A stretch of DNA of 64,000 nucleotides from Leptogorgia sarmentosa (lineage: Eukaryota). Below are positions 47,231 through 59,000 of this stretch, piece by piece (positions within the stretch are counted from its first letter, which is position 1; the number at the start of each line of letters is the position of its first letter). The notes under the pieces were generated by a model. It ran no database searches, had not been told where the DNA came from, and worked only from the letters and a program-made list of their open reading frames with translations. Made by a program: the position numbers and the translations under genes. The stretch spans positions 9,672,001 to 9,736,000 of the forward strand of contig OZ210885.1 of NCBI GenBank assembly GCA_964658305.1. The letters are read 5' to 3'.

Positions 47231-50200
47231 CAGGGGCGTATCCAGGATTTTTCGTACGTTAGTCAAAAAAATTTTCCGAACATCCAGGGGGGTGAGTAAT
47301 TTTGACAAGCGGGGGGGGGGGGTAGTTGTTAAACGAGAAGCGACTGTTTCGCCCAATTTCAGGGCTCATCAGCATGCCTAGGTAACGCACAAAACCATGG
47401 TTAATGGTATTTTGTGGTACAGACATGGACAGCCCTTTTCTAAAGGCCTAAGCTGCTGGTTTTAAGGCGCCAGGACTCGCCTTCACACCTTTGCTGCGGA
47501 GCAAAGGAGTTTGGTTGGACATGGGGACTATATGGGATATTTTTTAGGTGTGAAACCGCTCTATTTTCACACCATCCCAGTCGATTCCAACCCTTTACCC
47601 CCCTTCCCGGGGCCCGTCCTACCTAATCTAAACCTAAGTCCTAACTTGAAATACATGCAAAGCTTATTGTAATCTACATTCAAAATTGTTATTTAATCGC
47701 ATGTTGACGTTGTATATAGGAATATTTTGTCGTTGCATATAAATGATCAAGATCAATGGTTGAAACTGATCATAGAATTGATCACGAGAATAACTTTTTC
47801 AATGTCGCGTATTTTTGACGAAATGTGTTCAAAACCCAAATATTTTTGGCGTTCCTCTCGAAATCGAATTTTGTTATGATTATCTCAACGAAACAGTTGG
47901 CTGTCTTTGGTTTTGAGAAAGTAGTATAAAAATTAAGACCGTTAATGTTCGCCGTATAACCAGCTCGACCTGATTGAAGCCTTTGTTACAGCAATGAAAG
48001 CAAGATTTTTACCAAGCTTTTTAAGTTTACCGACTGAGAAACCTCGAAATTTATATTTAATCATTGGGTCATTCATACGTGTATACTGTATATAATAAGT
48101 TATTGGTTATGATTGGTTACTAAACACCGCCACGCGCCAATTTATAGAACGTTAGGGAAAGGCGACAAAAAAATCAGGTAAATTTCAACCTTGTGTTTCC
48201 AACGGCAAATTTATCGATTACTTTTTCGATATCTGGGACGATCTCCTGATGAATCTTCATTAGGGCTAGACCATTTAACCGTTCTTCAACCATTGTGCTA
48301 CGTTGGTAATTTTTAAGTGTTCTTAATGCCGAAATGGTTCTTTCACACTCACAAGAAGTGATGGGAAGAGTTCCCAAAATTCGAAGAATGACTTTGATGT
48401 TCTCAAAACCATCAAAGGTTATAGCTTTCAAAGTTGTGGCAATGTTGTCAGGAAGGGGACCTTCACATGTCTCCCAATAATTTGTCCAAAGTGACAGTTC
48501 TGCATCTAAAGCTAACGGGAAAGGCAAATCGTCAATATAAAAATTGGTAACAATTTTGAAATCATTCCGCCAATCTAGCCCTTTCTCTTTCAAAGTCATC
48601 ATCTTGGTCGGCACAACGCTTAACCCTTTATAAACGTTAACGCTGTCGGTGTCAAATCTGTGTTGTAAAGCTAAATTAATATGGTATACTAAAGGAATAG
48701 TTATGGTACGCTTGTAATACTCGGAGATTGACTTACATGGAGGATTGGATCTAGTCGTTTGTCTCCCTACAGTCCGTGGTTTGCTTTCTTCTACCTCGAC
48801 CTTCTCTGCTAAATTCAACGTCTCGGCATACCAAATATCGTGGTAAGAATCGATAGAATTTCTAAAGTTAGTGAAATCATTTTTAGTGGTGTTAATTAAA
48901 TGAATACCATCCATAATATCAATACTCTTTCCCTGTAGTAATAACGTTACTGGGAGAAGGCGATCAAGAACATTCTGAGAAACGACCAAAGCTGCAATAA
49001 ACTCAAACTTTGTGACAAGATCAAAAAAATTAGAGGCATCAGTGACAAGGTTTGGCCTATAGCTCCCTTCAACATTATCTCTCATCTCTCTGAGAGTATC
49101 ATATAAAGGGACAAACAGCTCAATGAATGTATCCAAACCAGCAATACGCTCCACCCATCTAGTCCGACAAACGTCTACCAGCCGTCTCTTCTGACTTTCC
49201 CTTTCAGAATAGTTGCGGACATTTTCTTCAAAAGGTATGTTGCGTGTCTGGGAGATATTAATAAAATTTGATACATCTTTAACATGTTTCATCATAGTAT
49301 TTACCTCAACAACAGTCAACGAATCACATACAGCTAAGTTGAGTCGATGACTATAACAATGTGTGTAAAGGGCTTTTTCGTTCAGACGTAAAATATTAGC
49401 TGACAAACCATTGATATGCCCAGCAACAGCACCTGCACCGTCGTAACCTTGCCCCCGACAGTCATCAATAGATAGAGTTAACTCATTAAGGGCATCTAAA
49501 ATCAACTTGGCGAGTTGCTCGCCACTTAGTCCCCACCTACACTGTAGGAAAGCAATAAATTCTTCCCTAATATTCAAATCAACGTCTACAAAACGTAAGA
49601 CGAGAGACATTTGTTCATTGTGAGAGGAGTCTGCAGCCTCATCTGCAATTATAGAATAAAACTTACTAGCCTTAACATCTTGAATGATCTGGTCACTGAT
49701 CACTTGACCACAACACCTAATAATCTTATTTTGGCTAGTCTTAGATATATAACTCTTATTTTTACCACAATTTTTCAGATGGTTCTCCAAAACTTTGTCC
49801 CCAGCCCGGACTCTAAAATTAAGAGATTCTATAAAATTGCCAACTCCCCCCGTAGAGTAACTGCCAGCCTCCGGATGGTATTTAGCATCATCACGATGAC
49901 CACGTAATGGTAAACCAAGACGGCCACAAAAAACTACCGAGTCTAGAATTGAGGCGAGTTTGTTTCTATTTTCTTTAACTTCTTGTTTGATATTGCTATC
50001 CAAAATGACCTCTATAGGCTGTGCTTTTCCTGACATTTGGGAAAGTAAAGATGTCAATATAGGAAAGGTACAAGCATGCAGTCCCATTTCCCCACTCAAA
50101 CCCTGTCCAGCATGATTTTTTAAAGTATATGCTGCACCACTCCAACGACGCAGAGGCTCAGAAAATAAATTATGGATTTTGCTAGATTTACCAGGAAAAC

Positions 50201-52469
50201 GATCTCCAAACAAAACACATGACAAGCAGAATGCCCCATCTTTTGATGGTGAATAACAGAGCCAGGAATATAATTCCAGCCAACTGTACCTAAAGCTTCT
50301 GCCATTTGTCTTAGGAAAAAAATAATTCTTGTCAGGCCTAAAGACATTTTTAATAAGGTTGCAAATTTCAGAAGAGTTCATTCCCTTGACCATATCTCGG
50401 AACATTGCAACATCAAAATTGGTGCTAGATGATTTTACCTGTTTTGCAATAGGTGTTTCACCTGTTCTAGAAACAGTGCTTTTTATCTCTGTGGAAGTGC
50501 TAGGCTTATTTGGATCTAAATGTAATATGTTGTGGGCTTTGGGCTTAAAAACAGACTTCTCAGCTACATTAAAAAAATTAGTAATATTTGTGGCTTTTTT
50601 GGGAGGAATTGCAGATACTTTTTGCTTCTTGGTACATGTTTGGGAAGTGGCAGCTACAGGTTTACGTTTTAGCTGCTGTTTATGAAAAAGAAGAGGGACA
50701 AAATGATTTGACTGGAATGTTCTTCCAGAAGCTACAGTACCTTCATAACAAAAAAGAATGTGAAGATTATCTATACTTTTCTTTGGACTTAAAGTTAAAC
50801 GTGGTTGAATCATGCGATTAAACAACAATTTAAATCTTGGCTCCCCACAGTCAGGATAATAGGTAAATATATTCCTATTTAAAACAGAAGCAAGACCCAA
50901 TATGCAAAGAAAGGATGACCACTTTTTCTCATTGCAATTAATAATGGCCTCTTGTCTAACCAGGTTGGCTTTAATGCAACGTGTATCCAAACACTCCTGA
51001 GTGACACACATTGGTAAAATATTATTAACGTTGCTGAAATACTCAGCATGGTCATTGACAACAGAAGAGAAGCAGGGGTGCTCAGAATAAAATTCCGCAT
51101 TGGTGAAAAGCTCTATTGATGTCAAAACTCTTAATGACTGCATTAGACTATTGTTACCTACTTGTACCAAGGACACAGAACTATACAAGCAGTTTCCAGT
51201 AACATCAGATCTAAAATATAAAATAATATATCAGCTGTGATTCCAAAATATTCACTAATGAAGTATTAAAACAGCTGCCTTGTATCTCTAATACATAGCC
51301 CGGAAAAACAATGAGTAAATGGTGTCTGGTTACACTGAATCAGTCTGAATGGCACTGGGCAGTGGGCAACATCTTGTTGCATCTGCCATTATACATGCTG
51401 TAGAGGTCATATTACATAAAGCTTTGTCACATAGCCATGTGCTTCAGGGCCTGTAGTTTACACTAGATAAATATTATAGTAAATATATATCAAAGTCAAT
51501 AGTTAAGTAAACGAGGCAGAAACAAAGTATAAACAAACTGAAATGCCTGTATAAAGTCGCTGTATTTATGTAAATTATGATATGATATTATGTAAATTTC
51601 ATCTTATTATAATGCGCGTGGCGCACTGACGCGGTGACGCCGAATTCATATCATAGCATGTGCGTAAGACATGTATTAATCGACTGCTATAATGCTATTT
51701 TAGTTAGAATAATAAAGTATATTTACCTTAAGGCCGTGCAGAACTTTTTCTTTTCTTGAGCATGCTTCGGAATGTATGATTCTGCTCCAAAATTCCGTGC
51801 GAGAAAGAAGCTATTGCTATACACAGCACCCAACAATTCATCAATAGTACGCTTCGGTACGTCATTGACTTGCTTTTTCATATCAGCTTCAATATCTTTA
51901 AGATATTGCTGATCGTTCTTCTCTAAGGCAGCCTTTACAGTTTCGTAAATGCTGGCTGACATTGTCGAACAAAAATTTTCCGATTTCACTTCGAATACGT
52001 TAACCTTTGCAGTTTGTAGCTTGCGCGGCCAAGTAGCGATCAGAAAGGACCTGACCTTTCTGTGCGGTGCGTGCATACTATTAGCAATGAGCGGCTTGAT
52101 CGATCAAAAAAATTCAGCCAATAGAAATTGAGAACTTTTTTGAATTAGCCAATTGAAAAGCCGGTATTTCTGCCCCTGATCGCTCCATCGATCAGGACTC
52201 CCCACAGATCGCGCAAAATTTGAGCACAGCCAATCAGATGGCTAGAATCGCCCTAAATCGCGCAAAACTCATGCGTAAGACCGCTTTTCTGCTCGTTCAT
52301 GTTCGAAGGCTAAACTACTGGATGATATTTCAGAACTGGACTGTTGAACATTTTAGGCAAGACACTGCACGAAGTTTGATAACTGGATTGATAATTTAAC
52401 TCATTAATTTTATGGCCGATTTTTACCTCAGTCGCGTGATCGATCTGATCACCCCTGGATCCGCCCCTG
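47231..52469 (-). mobile_element. Intact autonomous hAT transposon, 5239 bp
   Basis: TIRs CAGGGGCGTATCCAGG and CCTGGATCCGCCCCTG (16 bp, 1 mismatch); exact 8-bp TSD GGCAGAAA at 47223-47230 and 52470-52477. Confidence 0.95.
48174..51962 (-). CDS. hAT transposase (THAP12/ZMYM1-like: TTF zinc finger, DUF4371, hAT dimerisation domain) with N-terminal OTU/vertnin-like domain; 2 exons, ~1090 aa
   Basis: Exon 1 51962-51727 (AG|GTAAAT), exon 2 51210-48174 (TTTTAG|A), phases match. Motifs WLCYS..DGAFCLSC, LPLRGH, IADEAADSS, GQGYDGA, HCYSHRLNL, TRW, CERTIS, RLNGLALM; N-terminal TGNCLYSSVS...LRV..IEL...NHFVPL. Confidence 0.93.
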
Positions 52470-53129
52470 GGCAGAAAGCTAAAAACATCATACACTACAG
52501 TCATGCTTTGTAGCGGGAAATTCTAACTTTTTACACGTCTCTGCGACGCAATGATTGCAATTTTCAGGGCACCAGATTAACTTGTACATTTAATATATTT
52601 AATAGAGAGCTAGGGCAATCTTTCTAGTTTTAAAGTGCCCAGTTTAATTTGCATGTACATGTGCCAAAATTAACAAAAACGTCAACAATATATGTCTACA
52701 GATTTCACAGTTCGAAAGGAAGTGGCGAAAGGAAAACAATTAAATTATTCCACAGAATCAAAACACTTCACTTATAAAAACTCTTTGATATCAATCACAC
52801 TGATGAATAAAGCAACTTTGTTATTTCACGTAGTTCGGTGCCAGCGACATAATTATTTGTTACTGATTCATTAGAGAGAGTATATAAAATCGGCGGATTA
52901 TCGCACAACGTTTGTATTTTCAACAATATATAACATAATCGATATCATTGAAAAGATTGGGCTACATTTGGTTTGGGATACAAAGATATTTTAAAGAAAG
53001 AGATTTAAAAGGTAATCTTCAAGCTAACATTATATGCAGTTAGATTTGCAAGTCTGAGAGATCATCTGACCATGTCGGTATAATATCTATAATATTCGAA
53101 CATTAATTGGCTTATAAGCTATTATAATA

Positions 53130-53630
53130 TAAGTAGGATAAAATCTGCAGCGTGATTGGCTAATGAGCGTGCATTATAACAGCGTAATGCACGCGTCTAG
53201 CTATTAAATTCTCCCGCGACTTTTTGGTTTGATAAAAAGACAATAAAGATACATATATACTAAAAATACGTCCATAAAAAACGCTTGAATTGTTTGCTTT
53301 CGCTCAGCTAAAGGAATAAAGCTGTGTTGCTGCTTGGCAACATTTGAGAACACGCTTGATTACATGTAAAGAGAATTGTAATTTTGATCTTCCTAACGAA
53401 GTTTTTTGTTGCGCTAACATTCTCTTATATTATAAAAGAAATAGAAAAACTCGTCGCGTGCCATTATGCTGTTATAATGCACTCGGGTAATGTTGTGAGA
53501 ATACTCGAGAATCGCGTAAAACACTCGGCTATGCCTCGTGTTTCACGCGATTCTCTCGTATTCTCCCAACATTGCCCTCGTGCATTATAACAGCATAATG
53601 GCACGCGACTCGTTATCTATTTCTTAATTA
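53130..53630. mobile_element. Crypton-like palindromic non-autonomous element
   Basis: GTGATTGG near the 5' end; ~190-bp terminal hairpin 53436-53624 centred on CTCGGCTATGCCTCG. Confidence 0.55.
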
Positions 53631-54191
53631 TTTGTGATTCTATATATTTGGTGAGTTTGCCATTTTGCAAGAGTAATAGTAAATGACAAAGATTTGTCAT
53701 TCGCTTTGCAATTTTAGGCTTTAAGGTCTATTTTCCGCGTCGCACACTGTAAATGGGCATTCATTGGGTATGGTGCATTTAAGCAGTAATTCATAACTTT
53801 CCTAAGCTTAAATCAACATATAGTTCTGGTTTCATCCCAATCAGAACCTTTTCATAATTTTGATACGTCTACTGTCCAGATGTCAAAATGTGATTGTTTA
53901 AGGTGTGAAAACATAACCATTCGTCGCTTTGTGTCAAAGTATGTCAAAGTATTTGAATGATGTAATTATTGAATCTGACGAAATCAACACATAATATTAT
54001 TACAACGAGAAATTTGGCCGTGGGGCTTCATTTCTCATTTCATGTGGGGCTTCATTTTTCATTTCAAAGTAGATGTTGATTTGGTGACCATGATTGTGCC
54101 AGCATTGTAACAAGAGGGGATAACTAAAGGCTATGCATATGTGTGAAACAAGGAACGGGGACCTGGAAAGCAGATCGTAAAGGGAATAAAT

Positions 54192-54712
54192 GAATCTGTA
54201 AAACCCGGAACCTGTAAAACCAGGACCTGTAAAAGCCGGAAACTGTAAAAGACGGAATCTTAAAACAAGGAATCTCTGAAGCCAGGAATCTGTAAAACCA
54301 GGAATCTGTAAAACTAGGAATGGGTAAAATCTAGAACCTAAAAAAACGGGAATCTATAAAACCAGGAATCTGTAAAACCAGGAATCTGTAAAATCAGGAA
54401 TCTGTAAAATCAGGAATCTACAAAATCAGGAATCTTTAAAATCAGGAATCGGTAAACCAGGAATCTGTAAAATCAGAAATCTATAAAATCAGGAATCTAT
54501 AAAATCAGGAATCGGTAAACCAGGAATCGGTAAAACCAGAAATCTATAAAATCAGGAATCTGTAAAAAACAGGAATTTGTAAAACCAGAAATCTATAAAA
54601 CCAGGAATCTGTAAAACCAGAAATCTATAAAACCAGGAATCTATAAAATCAGGAATCTGTAAAATCAGTATTCTATAAAATCAGGAATCTGTATATTTAG
54701 GAATCCTATAAA
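54192..54712. repeat. Minisatellite, ~16-bp unit GGAATCTGTAAAA(C/T)CA
   Basis: About 30 directly abutting, variably degenerate copies. Confidence 0.9.
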
Positions 54713-56066
54713 AGCCGGCGTTTACATAATTATATAAAAACATAGCATTTATTAATAAGTTAGGCAAATTTGTTAGCTAAATTAGAAACGTTTCTATTTT
54801 CTGTTTTTTTATTTGACTCGTACAATTTACTCGTGCAAATGGCAGCCATATTTTCAGCAAATTTGGCGCATGCGTGGTGCCGACGTCTGATATTTCTGGC
54901 CATGAGTTAAGAACGAGCCACACTTGAGATAAATATAGCCATTTAATTAAACACTAAGCATGAGGTGTGCACGGTAAATATCAAACCCAGGCCAATGTCA
55001 AGACATGAAGACCGAGGTTTGAAAGTTAACCATGCAGACGAAACAGTCGAATGAAGTCAACGAAAAGACGAAGTCAGCCTATTTTCGTATACGGTTCCAA
55101 TTTTTTGCACATGAGCTAATCACGAGTGCCAAATATTCTATAAAGGGTGTCAATCTTGTGGGGTGCCCGAGTTTTTGGCTTGGGGGACGACTATATAACT
55201 GTCCCCACTATTTACCATTTCTCGTTTTACTAGTGACAATAGTAATTATAAAAGTTATACAGCAATATAATACTTAATGTAAGCGATCTTTGATTAGTAC
55301 ACCTAAATGATCTTACCAAAGAGGTAGAGTTAAGGTTCTGAAATGGTCGTTTCCGGCCATCTAGAAGTTTTAAATGTTCGCAATTTTCTGATTTGGCGCA
55401 AACCTTGGTAACGCCTTGTGAGAAGTTGGGTCCTTACAACTAGGTTGAAAACGTTTCTATACCCTTCCTGGAGTACTTCTAGGAACGTACTTGTATGAAG
55501 GATGCAGATACGTTTGCAACTCTAGCTAGGAAGATCAGATCATTAAATTCTACACATTGTGCCTATTACGCAATAATTTTACTGGAACATTCAACTAGTT
55601 TTCAATATCTCTACTTTTGAGACTCCGAAATACCTAGAATGCTGGTTGTTTTGGTAAAAATAGTCATAATCGAATATTAGTATACAGGATGTCCCCCAAA
55701 AACGCAAAACCATTGATTATTTGAATTTGAATGCCCTAGCACTAAGCTAATCCCTAAGCTAAGGTAATTTTGCTAGCCAATATTTTAGTGTATTCAAAAT
55801 TTGGTTTTAATCATTCCGGACGCACATTACAAGTATATCTCAATTTCTTAATCACTTTTTACGCATTTTTTCGAGTTCAAATTCAAAGGGCTTTCAAATT
55901 CCAACATATTTGAATGGTTTTGGGTTTTTTGAGTCTTTATTTTACCTTATATAGCTATATTTTATAGTATTTTTCATTGCAAGAAATATTGATGTTGCTA
56001 CTCCACATATCCTTGTTTCCACGTTTAATATTCATTTCAGACAATGTTGCAATTTCTCTTAAGTCT

Positions 56067-59000
56067 TCAACCTTCTTTTGAATGCGAGGATAACTTATTA
56101 AGACGAAGGAAGCAGACCCGACCTCCTGCCAGGCCAACACAAACCATTCCATTTGAGCCACATGCTATGGCTAAAACATGCCGGTCGAAATGAAACTTTT
56201 CAACACACTCTCCATTTGGTAGCTTCCACAGTTTCAGCGTCTTGTCACGTATCAAACACGACAAAATAAATTCACGCCCAGGCGCTAATGCCAGCGCTCT
56301 GATACGTTCAGCATTTTGAATTGGAAATCTGTGGAGAACCTTTCCAGTTATGAAGTTCTCAATCACCAAAGAACCACGACCTAAAAATATGATTTAAAAT
56401 TTTTAAATCTGCTAAGGCAATGTTACGCGAGGCAATTTTTGTGATCACTTTTGGATTGATAGCCATGTTTTATGTTTACAGTGGCTGTTACGAACGAAAG
56501 ATTTTGATCATACCCAATGATCTTTTTTTCCGAGGCTATTTTCGGTACAACGTGAGACGACACGTATTTTAATTTGGATTAGCAGCATTATACAGTACCG
56601 TCCTCGAGTAACATACACTCGACTCGCGCGCAGCGAGTGCGCGCGAGTCACTCGCGAGTCGTTCGAGTACTCGCTTGACTCGTTACTCGCGAGTACGCCA
56701 TGTTACGCGAATCAATGTTGCCATCACTTGCGAGCTGATTTTGGATTGTTAGCCGTGTTATCGAAAGTCTACGTTATACAGAATTATTATTTTGCCATTA
56801 CGAACAAATTACCTGACGCGCTTCCCCTCACCGGCGGGAGAGGTAAAAAATTATGCATAACATTAACTAGAAATGAACGCATTCAGCAACATATCGCTTT
56901 AATAACCAAATATGTTTTCAGAACATGAAGTATTTGTGGATTGTCTCGGGAAGCACGACAAGTTCTATTTAATCATCATAAATAAATACTTTAACACTTT
57001 CAGATTTTTGTATCTGCGAATTCGCAGATACTATGCTATGATCCTGTTAGCTTCTAGCCAATCAGCGACGAGCTTTTGCTTATAATTACGTAATGCAAGA
57101 TGGCGGCGTTCGAGGAGTGAAGGCGATGTTCGATCGGATTTTTGCGAAAATGTGAAGTGCAGTGTTTAAGTACGACGCTTTAAGCAAACAATCTTGACTT
57201 TGCAGGTCCCTGTCAATGTGCAGTTGTAATTTAACAAAGCATTTGAAACGGCAGCGTGCTGTTTTATCGGCGTTTCAATTTGTAAATTGCTCTCGATCTA
57301 TTGCGCAACATGAAATGCGTACAGAGCACCGTAGAACCTCGCAAGCAAGGGTCTCCCTTGCTTGCGAGGTTGAGCACTGAACAGATGGCCCACTCATGGA
57401 CGGTTTTGTCACAGCACGCTATATAAAAACTGGATGTCTAATCATATTCAAAATTGAAATAAGGCCAAAACGATATAATTAAGTAGTTTAATGCCATATA
57501 AAGCCATAGTTTTATGCATATTGGAGGCACAAACAAAGTTTTTTTTGCAAGGAATTTCCTCGTATTTTTCACCAAAGAGTCGAAGGAGGAAGGTGAGAAA
57601 TGCTGTATATGAGAACAGTCAACACTAACTATTGAGTATAGTTCTAGGTTTTAATGTTTTGTGCTAATATATCGTTTAGCTATTTAATATATAAATCTAG
57701 GGATTTATTAATGGTTAGCGTTAGCTTTGGGGTTCGATTAGTTACATATTTAGGGTTCGATTAGTTTCATATTTAGGGTTCGATTAGTTTCATATTTAGG
57801 GTTCGATTAGTTTCATATTTAGGGTTCGATTAGTTTCATATTTAGGGTTAGCTTTAGTTTAGGTTCATTTTTTGTTTGCAAACCAATACTTTAGCGGTAG
57901 ATTTAAGCGCAACCTGGACTTTTTAGCATGTCCGATTGCGCTTTCCGACGACGCATCTGTCAGTTCTGCTTCTCCATTCGCAGATACATGTGCGCTTTGC
58001 GAACCTATTTTTTAATATGCCATGTTTATAAGGAAATATAGACACAGTAACCTGCGATTTACGTGCACAAATTTCTCCGCCAGTTTCGTGTAAATGACAC
58101 AGTTTTAAATCAGACGTTTCTTTGCAAGGGGCGATATAAACTGTCTGTCGTACTATCCAGGGGCAGAGTTTCTGGGGGACGGGGTGCAGGGAAATTGTTC
58201 ACCCCTTCAAAAAAAATTCCATCTCCTGTCCCGCCCACAATGCCAATGTACTAAAAATAAAGTAGCTATAAAATTAACATGTTTCTACGCTTTTTTCCGG
58301 CAAGCACACAAAAATATTTTATTGATGTTCGACACCCTCACTCCCCAATTTTTTGCATCTCTCAGTGAAAAACATGAAAATCCGCCCCTGGTAATAATGG
58401 TGACCGATACAGCCGACACAAAATTAAAAACCTATGCAGACTAAACTGGGTAATGCTCAAAATTTCCCCGCGAATAATTGGCAGATAACATAGTTTCACG
58501 TCTAACAGGAGGTGAGGTGTTACCGTGAGATTAAGCCTACGCGGTTGAAAGCGAGGTGTCATCTACTGTGCTTCTTGTTAAGACAGGTTTATTGATGTAA
58601 CGTAAAAACGGTCATGGTCAACTGTATTAATTTCTTTTTCGTAACTTTTGATGATTTCGTCACAGAATTCGCCGATGGCTTATATTATATTCGCATATTT
58701 TATACTTTGAAAGGTTTTTAATTGCAATAATCTTGCGTACAGTAGCTTGACGTCGCTTGCTTTGTTGGATGAATCTAAGGCGGGAATTTTGCTAGCAGCG
58801 CTAGAGACAGAGCAAATTTCGTCCCTAGTTAATATGATGTTTCTTTGATAACGACCGAAGGAATAAAGCGAACGAATAGGTGAGCTAGAAAAGCTTCAGC
58901 AGATAACATTGACCTCGGTCTGAATAATTCTTGTTATTATATACACAAGCGCTGGATATGAGCTATAATTCTGCAATCTGATTGGTTCTCTACTAGCAGG

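Noticed and set aside
51963..52076. N-terminal extension of the 117-aa ORF and its reading as a separate gene
   Set aside because: It splices in phase to the transposase ORF; ATG 51962 is taken as the start, though the upstream ATG cannot be excluded.
54192..54712. Regular short repeats resembling a CRISPR array
   Set aside because: Units abut directly with no unique spacers, there are no cas genes and the context is eukaryotic; it is a minisatellite.
56590..56712. CpG-rich CTCGCGAG palindromic patch
   Set aside because: Looks like a small MITE remnant, but no boundaries or TSD can be defined.
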